DNA of 64,000 nt from contig NIVC01001294.1 of the NCBI GenBank assembly GCA_002269645.1, positions 1 through 64,000 on the forward strand, in the 5' to 3' direction. The translations under genes and the position numbers were made by a program. Below the pieces are notes generated by a model. It was not told the DNA's origin. It made no database searches and saw nothing but the letters and a program-made list of their open reading frames with translations. Below, in pieces: positions 1-11,582 of the stretch. Source of the DNA: Macrostomum lignano (Eukaryota). Each line of letters opens with the position of its first letter. The stretch's first letter is position 1.

Positions 1-750
1 TGCGCACTCTCGGCCAATCTCAGTTGTGGCTGTGCACTCTTGGCCAATCTCAGTTGTGGCTGCGCACTCTCAGCCATCTCAGTTGTGGCTGTGCACTCTT
101 GCCAATCTCAGTTGTGGCTGCGCACTCTTGGCCAATCTCAGTTATGGCTGCGCACTCTTGGCCAATCTCAGTTGTGGCTGCGCACTCTGGCCAATCTCAG
201 TTATGGCTGGCGCACTCTTGGCCAATCTCAGTTGTGGCTGTGCACTCTGCGCCAATCTCAGTTGTGGCTGCGCACTCTTGGCCAATCCAGTTGTGGCTGC
301 GCACTCTGGCCAATCTCAGTTGTGGCTGTGCACTCTTGGCCAATCTCAGTTATGGCTGCGCACTCTTGGCCAATCTCAGTTGTGGCTGCGCACTCTGGCC
401 AATCTCAGTTGTGGCTGCGCACTCTCGCAATCTCAGTTGTGGCTGCGCACTCTGGCCAATCTCAGTTGTGGCTGCGCACTCTTGGCCAATCTCAGTTGTG
501 GCTGTGCACTCTTGCCAATCTCAGTTATGGCTGCGCACTCTTTGCCAATCTCAGTTGTGGCTGCGCACTCTCGGCCAATCTCAGTTGTGGCTGCGCACTC
601 TCGGCCAATCTCAGTTGTGGCTGCGCACTCTCGGCCAATCTCAGTTGTGGCTGCGCACTCTCGGCCAATCTCAGTTGTGGCTGCGCACTCTTGGCCAATC
701 TCAGTTGTGGCTGCGCACTCTCGGCCAATCTCAGTTTTGGCGCAGTCTCG
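1..750. repeat. 30-bp tandem minisatellite (TCGGCCAATCTCAGTTGTGGCTGCGCACTC)n, continues past the window start
   Basis: Exact 30-bp periodicity at 571-720; units further left carry 1-bp indels; about 25 units. Confidence 0.97.
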
Positions 751-2875
751 GCGTATGAAAACGCAACCTCTGTAGACGGATTTGATCTCTTCGCCGCAGT
801 TATCTGCCTTAACAGTAATAAAAGTATTCTTGGAAAGAGTGGCAGGCGGACTTAGTGCACACGTTGGAGTTTCAGATTTCGGAGCAAATCGGTGCTCTGA
901 TTTTCTTGCAGGACGCAGTTGGCTGCACTTAAACGGTAGCTTTGAGGCAATTTTCCCGCCTAAGTAAGAGGGTTTTGAAACTCTGGAGGCCCAAGGGTCC
1001 CCTTTGGGAACGTGAGGTGCCTCTTCATTTACCTTGCGACGTCTTGGTCGCCGAGGTGGAAGAACAGTCTGCTGATTCTTTTTGACTCGACTAATGCGCT
1101 CTAGTACACATTCGAGTTGTGCCCGTAGAAAGTTTCCAATCAACAAACGCGTGCCACTTTTACGACGCACTCTAGCTTTTACCCAACGAAACCAGGATTC
1201 AACAGGTGCGTTCGTTAGGTGCGTGCTAATAGGCGTTCCTTTGAAAACACACACACGCTCCAAATCGGCAGAAGCGGTAGATAAAGTTTAAAGACTTTTT
1301 GCATAGCCTCTAGAGAAAAGTTAGGATTCAACTCTTTTGCCTCGGTATTGATTGGCTCAGGAACACCGAAAATTCCTGAAAAGGGTGAACTTGATCGTAG
1401 TGTTGTAGCAGCTTCCGAATCTGGAGGATCAACTGAAATTCCTGATTGATTTTCCTCTTCAGGATCCGGCATTTCATTCACAAATTCATGACAGCTAGAT
1501 GGCAAGGAAGCATTGTACTGATGAAGCACTTCGAAAGCGTCTTGCACAACGGACGTTACATACTGGCTGCAAAATAGACGAAGCATGGTCTCCCAGACCG
1601 ACTTCGCTGTTTCTAAACTATCAGCAGTAATAAGATTGGCAAAAAAGATAAGAAAGTTTTTTTTCGTTTCTCTGTTTTTGATAGCGATCGTCATTGCAAC
1701 ACGATGCATTAGATGCGAACTGCAAATGAATACAAGTGGGTACGATGGAGGTTTAACGTCCCATGAGGTTAGTCGCTTGAATTGCTTTCTTAAATACGTT
1801 CCTAGATCCATTATGGCAGCAGCACGAAGAACGCCATGGAGAAAGACCCAGCTGAAGTCGATAACATAAATACGCGGGCCAACCTTTGACACTTCCCAAA
1901 CACCTCGGTCTTGAAACCGGGCAAAATTGAGCAGAAAGGATTCAATCCACGCGGATATATCTTCGGTCTTCGTGGACTCCAATACCGCCTCTGCTATTGG
2001 CGTTGCCACAACAGATTCAGATTCAGAACTAACAACTGCGCTGCAGAGCAGCACATTTTCAGGTATAAGTTCCGATTTTCGTACGAGCCCACCAGTTGCG
2101 TCGATGTGGACTGGAGCGTAGGGATTCCTGGCAAGTAATTGGCGCAAAAGAAATTGTTGTTCGCGCAATAAATAACGACTCCAAATGGAGCCGTACTGAT
2201 ACGCTGAATAAATCCAGATACAGCGTCTTCCGATACTAGCGATATTTTCCAATCTAACATTTGCTTGCGCAAATCTTCGTGCTCGTTTTGGCTTCTTCTA
2301 GAAGCATTCTGAATACGACTACATGCTTGTCGCACTGACGCTAAGGAACATATTTTACCTGACTTAAAATGCTGCAGGCTTCCCTCGTAAATTTCAGTCG
2401 GTCTTGCGTCTTTGCATGCCGCCTTACTCGCGACAAATTCTCGACACTCTTGTGAACCATGCTCCCACAGATGGCGGACATTGTCGTTTGGAAGAATCAC
2501 TCTGTGGCCGCTGTGCTCGTTTTTCTTTTGCAACCTTAAGTTAACACTGTCAATCAGAGGCAAATCTGCCATCGACAACGTAATAACTGTCTTGCAGCCT
2601 GCTGATTCAGCGCAAACTAGTCGTAATAAATAACTGTTGCTGCCCTTCCTACGAAGACTTGTTCGAATGATCTCTTTGTTAACATGAAATATTCCGAATT
2701 CATTTATTTCTCGCAACTGAGGAAATACGACTTCGTGAAGCCATCTGCGATCGAGTTGACCAGTTTCTTTACAAAAATATGTAGAAAATACGGCAGCAGT
2801 AATTGCGATTGTGACTTCTTGATCCTGAAAAAGGGCTTTCATAGTAAAATTCGTAATATGATATCGTCTAGGCAA
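433..2875 (-). pseudogene. Mutator-superfamily (NOF/Foldback-like) DDE transposase split by two frameshifts
   Basis: Three overlapping minus ORFs join: 2875-~2165 (N-terminal Cys/His motif CAESAGC...EHSGH), ~2165-~1250 (HIDATGG, VIDFSW, CSSH = CxxH) and ~1250-433 (TNAPVESWF). One shift is at ~2165 (GVVIY/EQQF), the other in a (GT)5 run at ~1246-1256. Family resemblance recalled, not searched. Confidence 0.7.
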
Positions 2876-3251
2876 AGATACCGACGATTAAGTTCATTAA
2901 ATAATACTTTAAAAAATTTAAACCTGAATGTAAAATGACACTAAAACCTGCTCAGGAAGATTTTAGTCTCCTTAGAATTTAGTTATCACTTGTGTGATTA
3001 CCTTGGCAGTGTCGTAGGGTTGTTTAAAAAGATTTGGCAGCCCCATTACCCTCTATTCAGGTAGATACAATTATCTTTCTTAAATGCCTACTTCATCCAT
3101 AATGGCTAATCCTTCGTCTTAAAATAATAATTTGTTTGATTCTCGAATATTTGGGTATTGCCTTAAGCTGCAGGGAATTGCAGGGAATCCTCATTAAGCT
3201 CCATTAAGGGGATTGCTGAGATGTCAGGCTTATGGGGGGATTGCTGACATA

Positions 3252-3410
3252 CATGCGCAACCTCTGAAATTACACTGGCCGTGTGACTTAGTTTTCTATC
3301 AAAAAATGCGACGTACCCATGAAAGAAAGCTAAGAAAATAAACGTACTTTTAGGTAAACAGCAGGAGTAACTATCACCTTATTTTTAAGGCTAAATGCCT
3401 CGCCAGCTAG
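3252..3410 (+). mobile_element. Partial MITE with TA|CATGCGCAAC terminus, same family as 57057-57314
   Basis: Aligns by eye to the reverse complement of 57164-57316 (TACATGCGCAAC...TACACTGGCC...AAAATGCGAC...GGTAAAC.GCAGGAGTAA...AAATGCCTCG). The other end was not found. Confidence 0.7.
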
Positions 3411-4399
3411 TTTTTTTACATAGTCTGTGCAGATTGTTTTAACAGCTAATCACTATGCCCTCTAGTGGCGGCCTGTGAGACAATTTGTAAATTGTCTTAA
3501 TACACTGTAGTGAGCATACACAGTACTACACAAGTCATGATTCTTGAATGCCTAGAAGTAAAAGTGAGGTGAATACAGTATGATACAATTCACAACGTAT
3601 TCACCAATAGCTCAAGAATAATTCCACTTGCTAGATGATTTGGCATGGAAGATGAGAGTCCTGATTTAGATGGCTCATCAGATGCAGGATACGAATCCAG
3701 TAGAATAGTAGAATCCAGTATAATAATAATTCCAAGTCTGCTTTACAATGATCCTAGGTCTAGTTTTCAATGGTTTTAAGTTGTTAAAAATCCCACTTAT
3801 GGTTTTCAATTAGATAAAGTTAGGTTTACCCACATATACCATAGTTAATTAGACTGTGCAATACAATACAACTAACTCATTTTTGTATTAAAATCACTGT
3901 ATATGCCTTTCCAAGAGAAAGAGAGATAGTGTTTTCAGAGCTTTTTAGAAGTTTGCATATATTTGAAGTGCAGACTTTTCCATCTCTATAGAATTACTGG
4001 CTAGCATTTCCATTTAATACAATTTCAAGTATAAGATTAAATTCATAAGCTAAAAAGATCTATTTAAGTTAGAGAAGCACTATGCAACTCACTGCTAGTT
4101 TTCTAGAATTCTTCTAGTTAGCAACCTTGTTTGGCCTCTGGTATAATAGGTGAATAATCTAGCTTTTATGTTTTTTCTTTATAAAATGGAGCAATCCCTT
4201 TGAAAGATGTCAATAATAATACTATATTGCAAAAATTTGATTGAATGATTCAAGTCAGAAGAAAATCTATTCATGTGTTCTTTTTCTTATTAATTTCCAC
4301 CGTGGCTACATTGGCTTAACCTTCAGTCTATAAAAGTTTTACTTTAAGGCTGGAAGTGCTTTTTATTCTAGGCTAGAATATTTTTCTTCACTAATTCTT

Positions 4400-5040
4400 C
4401 TCTTCTCTCTCGTCTGCTCTTTCATCTCTTCTTTTTTTCTTTTATTTTTTCTCTCTTATCTCTTCTCGTTTCTATCTGCTCTGCACTTTCTCTCTCTCTC
4501 TCTCTCCCTCTCTCTCTCCTCTCCAATCTCTCTTCTCCTCTCTACTCACTCCCCTCTTCATTCTCCTATTTCCTCTTCTCTCTTCCTGTCTCTCCTCTCT
4601 CCTCTAGTCTCTGTAATCTCTTCTCTCTTATCTCTCCTTTGTTCTCTGTACTCTCCCATCTCTTGTCTGTTCATCTGCTTTCTTATCTGTCATCTTTACT
4701 CTCTTATACGTTCACTCACTTATCTCCTCTGTATTCTTCTCTTTCACCTGTTCTGACTCCTCTCTTTCCTCTGTTATCTTCTTTCTGCTTTCTCATCTCT
4801 ACTCTCTTCTCACTCTTCTCTACTCTCCTCTCATCGATCCTCTGTCTCATCTCTCCCCTCTTCTTACCTTTACTCTTTCCTCTCCCTCCTTTCTCCCCTC
4901 CTCCTCCCTTCTTCTCTGCTCTCTCCTCCCCACTTGTCTCTCCTCTTATATTCAATGTTTTCTCATATCCCCCTCTTGCCTTTCATCTCTTCTATTCCTT
5001 CTATTCCGTCTATTCCTTCTCCTTTCCACTCTTATCTGGC
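4400..5040. repeat. CT-rich low-complexity tract
   Basis: Near-pure pyrimidine plus strand with no fixed period. Confidence 0.9.
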
Positions 5041-6959
5041 CTGCACATAAGCTGGATACTGGATTCTTTATCTGGCTTTTGAAGTAAAAGTCTGCCCATT
5101 CGCCATTCCTGCTTGGAAAGCCAGTTTGTGAGACGTAGTACTCTCATGGCTGTTCTCATACTTTGATCATGTCATCTTTCTTGCCAATTTGCAGTCCTGA
5201 AAAGAATTGTGTATTTTCAGCTCCATTGCAGTCTGCATCAGTCTAACAACCAAGGAAATATGCATTTTTAGGACATTTAAAATTTAAAGTACTTTGAGGA
5301 GAAACCTAAAATTTCCATGGTGTGACTAATTTAATAGGGTTGTATTGCATTGCATTGCCTTTTCATAAATCTTTCGCTTATACAAACCATGCTGGATTCC
5401 CTTGATTTGCCATCCACTGTTAAACTGCTGCAGAGTTTGCCAATACATAGGACAGTGGTTAGAATTTCTCACTAAACTGTCATGGCTAAACGTAGCCTCT
5501 CCACACGCGGGGTACAGAGAAGGCTATTAAAAAGTTATTCCAAAACACTGTACATTTGCTATGTACATTGAGCCCTATCGCCTGACCCTTTGTCTGGGCT
5601 GGGGGAATGAGTGAGTGAGTGGAACAAACAACAGAAAAAGCAGACAGACTTCACATGCCTACAGTTTCTGTTCTGATTGAGATACAGAGTTGAGACTTTA
5701 CAATTAGACAGAGAATGAGTCAATAAAGAATTGTGTCAAATTTGAAGTCAATTGCTTCATGTGGAGCAAACTTATGGCAGCCAAAAGTTAGTCAATTTTG
5801 AAACCCCTTTTACACATCTGGGCCCAGATCAGGATCGGGAAAGAGAGGCAGGTGGGCGGAGGTTGGGGTGGTTGCTACACTGAAAAAAACAGCCTAACTT
5901 TAAAAGTGCACAGCGCCGTTTAGGATTAACTTTAAGACTCAAAATTTTACACAATTGTGTCAAAATAGTTGAAGATTGAGTGTGTCCAATTTGAAGAGAA
6001 TCGGTGGAAGTAGAGTGGTGCTATAGAGGATTTAGTGAAAAAATTGCGCATTTTGAGCAGTTTATTGCACTTTAAGGTGGGAAGACTCAAATTTAGGAAA
6101 TTTTAAGGTAGTCTATAAGGTAGTGAATTTAGGGTGGGTGCAAAATTTGGTGTAATTTGGTTGAGCGGTTTGGGAGTCTATACAGCGAAGTAATTTGTAC
6201 ACAGACAGACACACAGAGTTTTGATTTTTATAGTTGGAGATTATCTTATATATTTACCTTGCATTAAAATTCTTTTAGCAATTAACTGCTTATGCCATAG
6301 CTTACAAATAGACAATAGAATTCTATATCTTTTATTGTTTTTGCCTAAAGGTTTTTGCAAACTTTGTAAAGAACTTTTTAGTTAGATTAATTTCTTTTTA
6401 GTTTACTTTACTGTTCTATTTTGCCAAAATTACTTTTCTATTTAGCCAAAACAATTTTCTATTTAATCTTACTTTTAAGGCTATACCATTTTGTTTTATA
6501 TTATGATACTTTCTTTTTAGAATAAGATATTTTTAAACTATGTATAAATGTTTTCTTTTTACTAGAATTATTTTCTTTTTGCTATAATATACAATTTTCT
6601 ATCAAGTTAGAATTGCTTATTCTTTCTATCCATAAATTTTTTCTTTAAAGGTAATTACAATTGTAATAGGCTTTGATTTTAGTAAGTAGTTTTACATTTC
6701 TTAGAGACATATAAATTCAAACGCTATTGTTATACTACGCGAATATTTCATATATTTTGCATATTTTCTATATTTTTTGTATAATATTTTGTTTGAAACA
6801 ATAAGAAGTTTTTACTATAAATAGAGGCCACTTGGGAGCCTGGCAAAGTAACTTCTGTTCCTGAACAACTTTAATACTCTCATTTGAGAAGAAATCAGCC
6901 TTGGGCTCATATTTGCTCGTGTTACTTATTTCGAGTAGTGGATAGTAGTTTAGGAGTTG

Positions 6960-7300
6960 CCCCAAGATTGGGAGTCCAGTCTGTTTTCAGAGAACGAGAA
7001 ATCCTAAACTTAGGAGTCTAGTAACCCGCCTTTAGGAGGCAGAGATCCTACCACAGGGTAGAGAAATCCAGGCTTAGAGTCTGAGAAACCCACCTCAGGG
7101 CAGAATACCCAGCAAAGTGCGCTGTAACCCTCTGATCCCGGGAATGCCTAGGACTAAGAATAATATCTTTAGAGTATAGGAATAGGATAGACAATGCCTA
7201 AAAGACCACTCAGGCCAGAAAGTACAATAGAGGTATAGATGCTACCAATAAAAGTACATATGCTACCAATAGAAATATATGCGCTACTAGTAGCAAGACA
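6960..7300 (+). repeat. Dispersed repeat of unknown class; second copy inverted at ~61040-61330
   Basis: CTGATCCCGGGAATGCCTAGGACTAAG...GCTACCAAT here versus CTAATCTTAGGAATGCCCAGGACTAAG...GCTACCAAT on the minus strand near 61200. Confidence 0.7.
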
Positions 7301-7399
7301 ATTAATAATCAGTAGAATTGTTAAGGAGAAATAGCTCTATTACAACTTTGGTGGCAGCTAGTACGGCTAGCAAAAGAATAATTGAGAGCCCTGGGACCA

Positions 7400-7930
7400 G
7401 GTTGCGGATGGTATGCATGTACGCCGGAACTTTTCCGGCGTACAAAACGGCCACCCTCAGTCCTTGGCGTACACAATCGGCGTACACAACCCCTGGCGCA
7501 CTTTGTTGGCGTACAAATTTTGGTGAATCAATTCATGCCGTGCATGAAAATTGTAATGTAAATTAATGTTTTTACGTAAAGTAAAGGAAAATTTATATCG
7601 TCAGTGATAAACTTTTTGCTTATTTTAAGTTAAAAAAAAATTAAACTAGTGTAAAATTTTGCTGAAAGTATTAACTTTGCATGATATTTTTTGTAGGTGT
7701 TATTTAAGTTTGTTTAAACTGACAATATTCGTAATATTTTAAAGACACTTTTCATACGAAAGCCTTTCCTAGAAAACTCTACTCGTGAAAACCGAATGAC
7801 CCTTTTTTGGAATTTTTAGTGTACATTTGAGTGCAACTTTTTGTTTTTGGCGTACACTGGCGTACAAAGTCCTTGACGCCCGAATTTTTTCCGGCGTACA
7901 CGGGTACATGATCCGCACACTGGCCCTGGG
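7400..7930 (-). mobile_element. Non-autonomous element with reiterated GTACGCC motifs (copy A, least eroded)
   Basis: At least 7 GGCGTACA motifs and a perfect 12-bp hairpin at 7418-7444. The core aligns to 37070-37283 plus 38776-38830 and to 45870-46320. Confidence 0.7.
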
Positions 7931-10900
7931 ACACAATTTGACTTGAAAATTTTTTTTGTTGATACAAAACATATATAACACCATGTATTAAATTTATATA
8001 TGATCTATATTTTTCTACCTAATTTTCTAAGATAAAAACAAAAACTTTGTCATCCTAATATTACTTTTTATTGAATTTTATATTATATGCACATATATTA
8101 TGTGTTTATATTATACACATATTTACTTTTTGTTAACTACATTAGATAGCTATGCTTATAGCTAGTTTTTATCTAAAAAAACTAAGTTACTAGTTAGATA
8201 ATTGAAAAAAAGAAAAAAACTAGTTAATGAAGACAAAGTCTTTTCGCCCCAGTGAGCTTTGGGGTTGGAATTTTATAATACCTAGTGTTGTATCGATTAT
8301 TTAAAGACTTTCAAGGCATTATTAACGCTGATGCTCCTAATATTTTGCGTCGTGTCATACATAAAGTTAGCCTAATAGATAAAGTAGGGCGAGAGTTGTA
8401 AAATGTCTCTAACGTCAAATGATTTATAGGAAGGGAATTAGGGATGTCGATTCCCCAGGGAATTATCTTATCGGGGACCCCGGTGAAAAGAAAAAATAAG
8501 TAAAAACGGCGGATCACTTAAATTGTAAGTGGAATTTTTTAAACTTTGATTTAAGCTTTGTACTACATGTTCAAGGCGCAGGGGTAAAAATTTTAAACAA
8601 TGTTTTTTTAAACTGTATTTGACAATGTGGCATCACGAAATCGTGCGCGCACCTTTATCGGAAAAGTGCATTTGTTGGAATGCATGCTAAACAGCTACGC
8701 TCGTGAGAGGATAATTAATGAATGAGACTGTTTTTATAATCGGAATTTTATTTCTTGCATATATATGTAAATCACCATTTTGTCCTTGTCTAATAGGGAG
8801 TATATGTATGACACCCCCCTATGCGTCAGTGCCTGACGCATGACGCAGCGCTGCGCCTGCGTCAAGCCGTCAACGCAGACCAGCACAGCAGTCACTAGTC
8901 AGTAAGGCTTCTTTTTCCTGACGGGTTTCTTTTCTACGTGCAATTTGCTTGATTGAATGACTTATTAGTGAAAAAACAATCAAACGTGTGTTGTGTTTCA
9001 AATTATACATGTAATGCATTGAAATAAGCAATTATGCGGTAAAAGAGCATAGACAGAGTTTCAATCAGCTTTCTGTGAATCAGTTTCTTATTTTAATGGC
9101 AAAAATTAAGTTACAAATGCATTTTTTCATATTTTTTCTCCCCAGGGTCCCCGGTTAAATTCCCCGGAGAGTATTCCCCGACAAGCTCCCCGGGGAGCAC
9201 TCCCGGGGTCAACATCCCTAGAAGGGAAACTACGAGCATAAGTTCTGCAACACATATACAAGTAGCTAAGCATTAATAGACGCACTGCACCGATAAAATG
9301 TAATGGAATTGCTCGAATCACCGACACCAAGACCCATAAAACTGGAGAAACTGGCAGGATATAGTAGATACATGTAGGTCAGAATCAGAAGTGATCATGG
9401 GTGGGTGGGTCAAGTGATCATGGGTTCGACCTCGATTGTATTATTCCTTCTTAATCTTATGCAATTAATTGTAAATTAGGTATGAAGTAACAGTAATTAT
9501 CCTTGACCATGCTAGAGTAAAGACAAGTCAAAGTCAAGTTAATAAAAATAGACACACAGTGTAACAATAACAATGGTTTTTAGAGCCATTTTTCTTGTCT
9601 GTGTTTGTCTTTGTACATACATGTACATTTGGGAAGACTTATCTGGACCCAATCCCTTCTTATTCTACATGTACGCTGTTTTGGGTATGGGGGTTAGAGT
9701 TGGGCCGTCTGACACCCCCCTCCCCCCCCTACCATAGTGGACTGGAGAGAAAGAAGCACATGCTATCGCTATTGGCTAGCCTGTCGTTCTCTTTTTCTTT
9801 ACCTTCTGTCTTGTGTAGCGTACACTATCCAATGCACAAGGCCCAACTTTCCACTAAAGGAAGGTTCATATAGTCCGCCCATGGGCTTCCTCTTGCTTTC
9901 GCGTACACTCAAGGCCACTCACTCTCAACACCAGCCACTAGAGGCTTGTTTTAAATAATCGATCGATAATATTAAATGTACACTTGAAAGCTTGCTTTGG
10001 ATCCTAGCAGAAGGGGGAGAAAGTGGCCAAGGCCACCACACCCCACAAGGCAGGCAGGCCGGCCCGAGTGCGATAACGAATGACAAAAAAATAGAAAAGT
10101 ACAATTTACACATCAACTTTCAATACAATAAATACAATAATAGGTACGGTATTAATGACAGTGTATTTTCGCACAAAGTAGCTACGTTCAAACCACCAGC
10201 ACGTAAACAGCTAAAATTTCACTGTTTATGAAATTTTATAAAATTTAACACATCATTTTAGATATTGAAAACTTTTAAAGGAGGGTATTACTGTTGCATG
10301 TGACTATAAAATCGTGGTAGGTATAGCTGATGATGAAACTGGTGATTAGTATCTAGCTTTTTTGATAACTTAGCCGGTTAGACCCCGAAATAGCTATTGT
10401 AATTTGTAACGCTGGAGCCAAATACAAATACAATGGAGCAATTAGTTTCTCTCAAATCTGTCTCTGCCAGTGCCAGTTTAGTCCATAGTAAGTAACCAAA
10501 GTAAAATACCCATTAGTGGTCCCGTTTCTAATGTTTATAAATATTAAGCTTCAGTTTACTTTTGGCACAGTATGCAATTTTGAAAATTCACCCTAATAAC
10601 GGTTTGCACCAGCAGGAAAGCAACTATTTTGTTGTTGGAAATCGGATTAAGCAGTCAAAAGAGTGTATTTCTATGAAAAAAGGTACTTTTTTTCCATTTT
10701 TTCAAATATTTCAACAGGTTTCGCTCTTTCAATAAAAAAATCATCGCAGTACCTTAAAGTACAGTTAGTTTGGAATTAGATGACGGCGTTGAATTGTTTC
10801 TTCCATATTCCAAAAATTATAATGAGCACTTTTCCTCAAATCAGTTTGAGATCATGATTTTTAGTCTTTCGTCGATAACTTTCTGATTTCAAATGTTTAA

Positions 10901-11391
10901 GAATTGAAAACTTCCACACTTGTGTATCTTTGAATTGCGCATCAATTGGTGCATAGTATGTATGCTTAACTATTAGCAGTATAGAAAAAAATGCAAAAAA
11001 CTGTAAAAGTACATTTTCAATTTTTGCATTTTTTGCAACCAAAGTGCCAACTTTTTGATACAATTGAAAAAAACAACCCAATAATGTTATGCATCTTAGT
11101 AAGGCGCACCTATAACCCTCGAACATTTTTAGCTCGAGTTTTAATGTGCATGAGGAAATGCACTTTTGTAAAGACATAATCTTAAGACAAACATTTCAAC
11201 TGAAGCCTGTTCCTTTTCTCCGCAGTGAATCCATACAAAACTATACTCGTTAAATAGATCAGATTCTTCTCTTTAAAATGACACCTCACTTGTGAAATTC
11301 GCACTTGTAGTTTTGAAGTTACAGCAGTTTTTGTGAGATTTTTCTTGTCATTTTTTCGATGCACACGTCTCATATTATTATATTCGTCACA

Positions 11392-11582
11392 AGCCAGACC
11401 ACCCAATGCGCTTCGCGCATTGGCTGGCTGTTTGTTCCTCATGCTCGGCACTTTGTGCCTCGCGCGTTCGCTCCGCTCACCCCACAAACCCAAGGACACG
11501 CGCTTCGCGCGTGTCCTTGGGTTTGTGGGTTTCGCGGAGCTCACTGGGAACTAGGCCTATGTATCTTTTTTTATATAGGCCT
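11392..11582. other. Cluster of GC-rich hairpins with TTC/TTT loops; possible Helitron/Helentron-type element end
   Basis: Perfect 23-bp stem 11481-11503/11507-11529 with TTC loop; 9-bp stem 11403-11411/11415-11423 with TTC loop; GGCAC-TTT-GTGCC near 11447; AGGCCTAT...ATAGGCCT near 11553-11582. Confidence 0.5.

Noticed and set aside
24-855. Long plus-strand ORFs (ANLSCGCALL etc.)
   Set aside because: By-products of a stop-free 30-bp tandem repeat.
1515-1548. CTGATGA...GAAA hammerhead-like string
   Set aside because: No convincing stems, and it lies antisense within the transposase coding region; chance match.
4639-5082. Leu/Ser/Pro-rich and Glu/Arg/Gly-rich ORFs
   Set aside because: Translation of CT/GA low-complexity DNA; the same applies to 23975-24313 and 52215-52466.
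5380-5560. Possible hAT dimerisation-domain remnant (AFSVP...VERL...FSH) on the minus strand
   Set aside because: Needs two frameshifts over a few residues; too weak to call.
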